Shown here: positions 16,863-20,000 of the stretch, one piece after another
How the letters are laid out: each line of letters opens with the position of its first letter
How positions within the stretch are numbered: position 1 is the stretch's first letter
DNA from: an uncultured virus (IMG/VR IMGVR_UViG_3300044858_004828)
Lineage: Duplodnaviria > Heunggongvirae > Uroviricota > Caudoviricetes
Strand: one strand, 5' to 3'
Virus record (IMG/VR): IMGVR_UViG_3300044858_004828
Length of the DNA stretch: 20,000 nucleotides
The notes under the pieces: generated by a model
What the model saw: the letters and a program-made list of their open reading frames with translations, nothing else
What the model was told of the DNA's origin: nothing
Database searches by the model: none
Translations under genes and position numbers: made by a program

Positions 16863-17044
16863 AAAAATTTCCTTTAAGGTATTTAGGCTTTCTGGGGCCC
16901 GGAAATTTTTAAGGCATATCATGTATTTTGAAAAATTTATAGAAAATTTGAGAATCTTGGAGGGGGTGTGGGCTAGCGCGCCCGATAACCGGAATCCTAA
17001 AGGGGACCCAAATCACTGTTTGGACACGACCACCCCCCCCTCCG

Positions 17045-17080
17045 AATAAACTCAGAGGCCCCCTTGCGGGGGCCTCTGAG
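17045..17080 (-). terminator. intrinsic terminator of the leftward GC-rich cassette
   Basis: 13-bp perfect stem CTCAGAGGCCCCC-GCAA-GGGGGCCTCTGAG followed by TTTATT on the minus strand. Confidence 0.85.
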
Positions 17081-17105
17081 GGGCTGGGAGGTTAGGCGGT
17101 GGGCT

Positions 17106-17384
17106 TCACATCTCGCCCCATCCCGCGCTCGCTAGCCAGTCGTTGTCCGCGTCCCAGTCCTCGCGGCTCATCCGGCTAGCCGCGTCGATGAACGCATCGT
17201 TGTCCGCCTCGCGGCTCGCCTCCTCAAGGGAGGGCTCCGCGTGTTCCCCTCCCCTGCGCGCCTCGCGCTCGCGCTCGCGCTCCTCCTCGCACATCGGGCA
17301 CAGCGAGTCCGTGTAGGCGTACTCGGGGCGGTGGCAGTCGCAGGGGAAGTGTTCGTGTTCGTGGTTGTGGGTGGTGTTGCACAT
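17106..17384 (-). CDS. cassette gene 1: small acidic protein with Cys/His (Zn-ribbon-like) N-terminus
   Basis: 'CDCH...LCPMC' and an acidic tail ending DWLASAGWGEM. ATG is 6 nt after TGgTAGAAT. Has its own terminator. Confidence 0.8.
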   Translation of the reverse strand: MCNTTHNHEHEHFPCDCHRPEYAYTDSLCPMCEEEREREREARRGGEHAEPSLEEASREADNDAFIDAASRMSREDWDADNDWLASAGWGEM

Positions 17385-17390
17385 GGCGGC

Positions 17391-17504
17391 ATTCTACCAT
17401 ACTCCCGCCTCCCCGTCAGCAATTGGGCACGGAAGTCTGGTGCGAAACTTCCTGAAATTTTTCCGTGCCCAATTGCTGACGGGGAGGCATCGGCGTGGTA
17501 CAAT
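17391..17504. promoter_or_regulatory. back-to-back divergent early promoters built on a 28-bp perfect inverted repeat
   Basis: 17407-17434 GCCTCCCCGTCAGCAATTGGGCACGGAA is the reverse complement of 17461-17488. Each arm supplies -35 CTGACG, 17 nt before TAGAAT (-, 17396-17391) or TACAAT (+, 17499-17504). Confidence 0.85.
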
Positions 17505-17510
17505 ACGCCC

Positions 17511-17885
17511 ATGACCACCACCGACTACACCAAGCACATCACGCTCATCCGCCTCGCACACCCCACCAACCTCTCTGTGGTTGAGTTCGCCTACACCCCG
17601 CGCTACATGAGGTGGACGATGCTGAAGTACAACCCCGGCGAGGGGCAGACCGCATCGGATGCTTGGCTGCGTTACTGCGGCGACCCGATGTTCAAGCCCT
17701 CGCGGTTCGACAGCGTCAGCCACGGGGCTTCCGACCTGTACCACAACGACATCCTGAAGATCGTCGGCCACCTCGTCCTGAACGGGTGGAGCATCACGGA
17801 GAATCGCCCGTACACCGGGCCGAGCGGGTACTACGAGTGCAACGCTGCGAACGCAGCGGAGGCCGAAGACCTCGTCCTGTTCTGA
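17511..17885 (+). CDS. cassette gene 2: hypothetical protein (124 aa, MTTTDYTKH...)
   Basis: Start reassigned from 17241 to ATG 17511, 6 nt after TACAAT. Strong C-ending codon bias. Confidence 0.8.
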   Translation: MTTTDYTKHITLIRLAHPTNLSVVEFAYTPRYMRWTMLKYNPGEGQTASDAWLRYCGDPMFKPSRFDSVSHGASDLYHNDILKIVGHLVLNGWSITENRPYTGPSGYYECNAANAAEAEDLVLF

Positions 17886-17893
17886 ACCCCACG

Positions 17894-17949
17894 GGGGGAG
17901 GGAAAATCTTTCCCTCCCCCTTGACACCTCGCACCACCTACGGTACAAT
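17894..17949 (+). promoter_or_regulatory. stem-loop plus consensus promoter
   Basis: GGGGGAGGGAAA-ATC-TTTCCCTCCCCC, then TTGACA (17921-26), 17 nt, TACAAT (17944-49), 6 nt, ATG. Confidence 0.85.
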
Positions 17950-17955
17950 GCACGC

Positions 17956-18156
17956 ATGAGCACCACCTTCTACACCATCGTCCGCGCAACCATGTTCCTC
18001 AACGCCATCGTTGCCGCCTTCCTCGCGGGTGGTCTTGCAATGGCAGGTGATCTACTGCACTCCGTTTTCACGCTCGGAGCCTGCGCCGCCTCGGTTCTAA
18101 TCCTGCATCTGGCAGGTGCAGCGGAGCGCGAGGAGTGCCCGGAGACCTCCCGCTAA
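17956..18156 (+). CDS. cassette gene 3: small membrane protein (66 aa, two hydrophobic segments)
   Basis: Two hydrophobic stretches. Leaderless start after a consensus promoter. Confidence 0.75.
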   Translation: MSTTFYTIVRATMFLNAIVAAFLAGGLAMAGDLLHSVFTLGACAASVLILHLAGAAEREECPETSR

Positions 18157-18161
18157 AATAA

Positions 18162-18203
18162 TCAGGAGTAATTCCTGACATCCCGCACCACCTACGGTAC
18201 AAT
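18162..18203 (+). promoter_or_regulatory. early promoter
   Basis: CTGACA (18175-80), 17 nt, TACAAT (18198-203), 6 nt, ATG. Shares 20 bp CGCACCACCTACGGTACAAT with the previous promoter. A small IR TCAGGA/TCCTGA overlaps the -35. Confidence 0.8.
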
Positions 18204-18209
18204 ACAGCC

Positions 18210-18497
18210 ATGAAGCGCACCACCATCGCTGACCTCGTCCTCTCCGTCCGCCACCTGAACTCCGCTATGGGGTTCTCCGATGATGCGGGAGCCGCCATCG
18301 GAGTGAACTCCGTCCCCGGTTCCTACTACCTGCAGGGAGCCTACGGAGGCTGGCAACTGCAGCGCGTTCACCCCTCGGGCGGTTGCGAGTCTGTGACCTC
18401 GGGCTACCGCTCCAAGCGCGAACTGAACGAACTGGTGAACGCGATCCGCTACGGCGTACTGGAGGGGACGGTACGCATGACCGGGCTAACGATCTAA
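18210..18497 (+). CDS. cassette gene 4: hypothetical phage protein (95 aa)
   Basis: Leaderless start and codon bias. Contains 'YYLQGAYGGWQLQRV...SGYRSKREL'. Confidence 0.8.
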   Translation: MKRTTIADLVLSVRHLNSAMGFSDDAGAAIGVNSVPGSYYLQGAYGGWQLQRVHPSGGCESVTSGYRSKRELNELVNAIRYGVLEGTVRMTGLTI

Positions 18498-18574
18498 CGA
18501 GGTGGTGCTCGTACCAGCCGAAGAGGATTCGTCCCTGCCCCGATTCGTTCGGGGCTAGGCTGTTTCTAGGGGGC

Positions 18575-18630
18575 ACTACTATCCGGGGGCCATCGGCCCC
18601 CGGACCTCCTCGCTTCGCTCGGATAGTAGT
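18575..18630. repeat. intergenic inverted-repeat element, copy 1
   Basis: ACTACTATCCG...CGGATAGTAGT enclosing the hairpin TCCGGGGGCC-ATC-GGCCCCCGGA. Confidence 0.8.
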
Positions 18631-18687
18631 CCCAGCGGACGGCCCGAGGTCCGATAGAATTATTTCTAATATTCTCGCCGCCATTTA

Positions 18688-18716
18688 CTGATTCGCACGC
18701 CCCAGTCTGGTATAAT
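18688..18716 (+). promoter_or_regulatory. early promoter
   Basis: CTGATT, 17 nt, TGgTATAAT (18711-16), 6 nt, ATG 18723. Confidence 0.8.
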
Positions 18717-18722
18717 GCGGGC

Positions 18723-19286
18723 ATGAACAGCACCACCGCCCACCGTTACCTCACCGTCCGCACCCGAGCCACCGAATCCTTCATCACGCTCCTCGCGCAG
18801 GCTACGCTCTTCGACCTCCACGCTGCCGAGCGTTGGTACGATGAGGCGCAGGCGTTCGCTAACTCGCTGCGTCCGTCCACCGGATGGAACATGGAAGTGG
18901 CGGCTAGCGTTGTCTCCGCGTTCTCGCCCCGCGTCACTTGGGCGCACAATAAGGCGAAGGCGGCGCAGTACGCGCAGGGGATCGCCCCGAAGGGTCTGCG
19001 CTCCCATGTGGTCGCGGCGGATCGCTGCGTGGCGGAAGGCTTCAACGGACTGCGCGGAGCAAAGACCAACGCATTCGCCCGTGCCATCGCCGGGGATCCG
19101 AACGCGGTCGTGGTGGATGTGTGGATGTGCCGCGCTGCGGGACTGGGCAAGGACGCGCCGAACGCGACCGAATACCGTGCCATCGCGGACGCTATCCGCA
19201 GCATCGCGGCTACGCGGACGGTGAACATGGCACCCGCCACGCTGCAGGCTCTTCTGTGGATCATCGTTCGGGGCAAGGCGGACTAA
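18723..19286 (+). CDS. cassette gene 5: conserved phage protein, possibly helical DNA-glycosylase (HhH-GPD-like) fold
   Basis: 'WYDEA...VSAFSPRVTWAHN...KTNAFARAIAGDPNAVVVDVWMCRAA...LQALLWI'. The VDVW and QAxxW segments resemble the C-terminal motifs of HhH-GPD glycosylases. Confidence 0.6.
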   Translation: MNSTTAHRYLTVRTRATESFITLLAQATLFDLHAAERWYDEAQAFANSLRPSTGWNMEVAASVVSAFSPRVTWAHNKAKAAQYAQGIAPKGLRSHVVAADRCVAEGFNGLRGAKTNAFARAIAGDPNAVVVDVWMCRAAGLGKDAPNATEYRAIADAIRSIAATRTVNMAPATLQALLWIIVRGKAD

Positions 19287-19344
19287 TGGGCGGATGGACG
19301 GGAAGGGGGCTGGCCCGAGAAGTTTGGGCCAGCTTTCCCTCGGG

Positions 19345-19411
19345 CTACTATCCGGAAGCCCACGGGCTTCCGGATTTTTTATGGACTGGATGCCCCCTCG
19401 CCGGATAGTAG
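19345..19411. repeat. intergenic inverted-repeat element, copy 2, enclosing a terminator
   Basis: CTACTATCCGG...CCGGATAGTAG. Internal ATCCGGAAGCC-CACG-GGCTTCCGGAT-TTTTT (19350-19380) is a canonical + strand terminator. Confidence 0.8.
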
Positions 19412-19461
19412 TCGGCCCCCCGGACGCCTCAAATATTTTAAAATAATCTCGTACCCAATTA

Positions 19462-19489
19462 GTGACTTCCCACGCCAGTCTGGTATAAT
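19462..19489 (+). promoter_or_regulatory. early promoter
   Basis: GTGACT, 16 nt, TGgTATAAT (19484-89), 6 nt, ATG 19496. Shares 17 bp CCAGTCTGGTATAATGC with the promoter at 18702-18718. Confidence 0.8.
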
Positions 19490-19495
19490 GCACGC

Positions 19496-19771
19496 ATGAG
19501 CACCCCCTCCTCCATCGTCCTTGACACCCCCGCACAGATCAACGCGCTCCGCGCCCACACCCTCCGCATCGGTCTGGAGTCCGAGATCAAGCACAAGATG
19601 CGCCTGACCGGAAAGGCTCCTTCCTGCTACACGATCATCAAGCGGGAACTGGGCTTCAAGGGCAACAAGGTTCGCGTCTACGCCCAGTATGTGCTGTGGA
19701 TGGGCGAGAAGGGTCTTCTGGACATCAGCCCTTCGGATCGGGCGACCCTGATGGCGTGGGCGGTGAAGTAA
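19496..19771 (+). CDS. cassette gene 6: small basic hypothetical protein (91 aa)
   Basis: Leaderless start and codon bias. Stop followed by a stem-loop. Confidence 0.8.
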   Translation: MSTPSSIVLDTPAQINALRAHTLRIGLESEIKHKMRLTGKAPSCYTIIKRELGFKGNKVRVYAQYVLWMGEKGLLDISPSDRATLMAWAVK

Positions 19772-19782
19772 CCCCCGGATCG

Positions 19783-19847
19783 GGGGGAGAGAATTGAAAA
19801 ATATTCTCTCCCCCTTTACTGACAGACGCACCCGAACCCGGTATAAT
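19783..19847 (+). promoter_or_regulatory. stem-loop plus early promoter
   Basis: GGGGGAGAGAAT-8nt-ATTCTCTCCCCC, then CTGACA (19819-24), 17 nt, TATAAT (19842-47), 6 nt, ATG 19854. Confidence 0.85.
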
Positions 19848-19853
19848 ACACCC

Positions 19854-20000
19854 ATGAGCACCACCAAGACCGCCAAGATGATCCCGAGCGGAGTTTCCGA
19901 CCGCTACGCCTACGCCTACGGCTACCTCTCCGGCTGCATGAGGAATGTGGAGTACGCCGCGCAGCAGATCCGCCTCCGTGATGACCCCGAGTGGGTCGCC
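19854..20000 (+). CDS. cassette gene 7, 3'-truncated (not in the ORF track)
   Basis: Hand translation MSTTKTAKMIPSGVSDRYAYAYGYLSGCMRNVEYAAQQIRLRDDPEWVA..., open to the window end. Confidence 0.8.
   Translation, partial: MSTTKTAKMIPSGVSDRYAYAYGYLSGCMRNVEYAAQQIRLRDDPEWVA

Noticed and set aside
16863..17105. tRNA or other known RNA gene in the junction or in the long GC-rich spacers
   Set aside because: No cloverleaf or T-loop GTTCRA context was found by eye. An Rfam/tRNAscan search would be needed to exclude this formally.
17241..17510. N-terminal hydrophobic extension of the 214-aa ORF that resembles a signal peptide
   Set aside because: It is the antisense reading of cassette gene 1 plus the promoter IR. 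The promoter geometry places the start at 17511.
17400..19850. Cassette array considered as an integron or insertion sequence
   Set aside because: No integrase or transposase lies in the window, no canonical attC RYYYAAC/GTTRRRY ends were recognised, and the cassettes carry their own promoters.
17168..19876. Many long overlapping ORFs in the GC-rich region (e.g. 17394..17966-, 17612..17959+, 18265..18684-, 18666..19535-, 18746..19276-, 19379..19876-)
   Set aside because: These are shadow frames expected at high GC. They are Arg/Pro-rich, cross promoters and terminators, and lack the promoter and codon-bias support of the seven cassette genes.

Overview
This window looks like part of a large T4-like (myovirus-type) phage genome, with two compositionally distinct halves. 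Bases 1 to ~16950 are AT-rich (roughly 35-40% GC by eye). They carry probable virion-structural genes, including a 1111-aa Gly/Cys-rich protein, and typical T4-like accessory genes: wHTH, HExxH zincin, ferritin/Dps-like, Zn deaminase, Sm-like, lysozyme-like, pyrimidine-dimer glycosylase-like, GMP reductase guaC, WYL_2-like and HNH. They also contain several T4 late-promoter boxes (TATAAATA). A cluster of five otherwise unrelated late genes shares a conserved 23-24 aa N-terminal leader ending in hydrophobic-hydrophobic-Glu, a candidate new capsid-targeting/processing signal. From ~16950 to the end the sequence becomes abruptly GC-rich (sampled lines 60-70%). It forms an array of seven single-gene cassettes, each with its own sigma70-type promoter whose -10 hexamer lies exactly 6 nt before the ATG (leaderless mRNAs). 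The cassettes have CA-rich 5' ends, shared promoter blocks, stem-loops and a duplicated inverted-repeat element. The same leaderless geometry recurs at guaC, the HNH gene and three late genes in the AT-rich half. All product calls come from motif recognition by eye; no searches were run.
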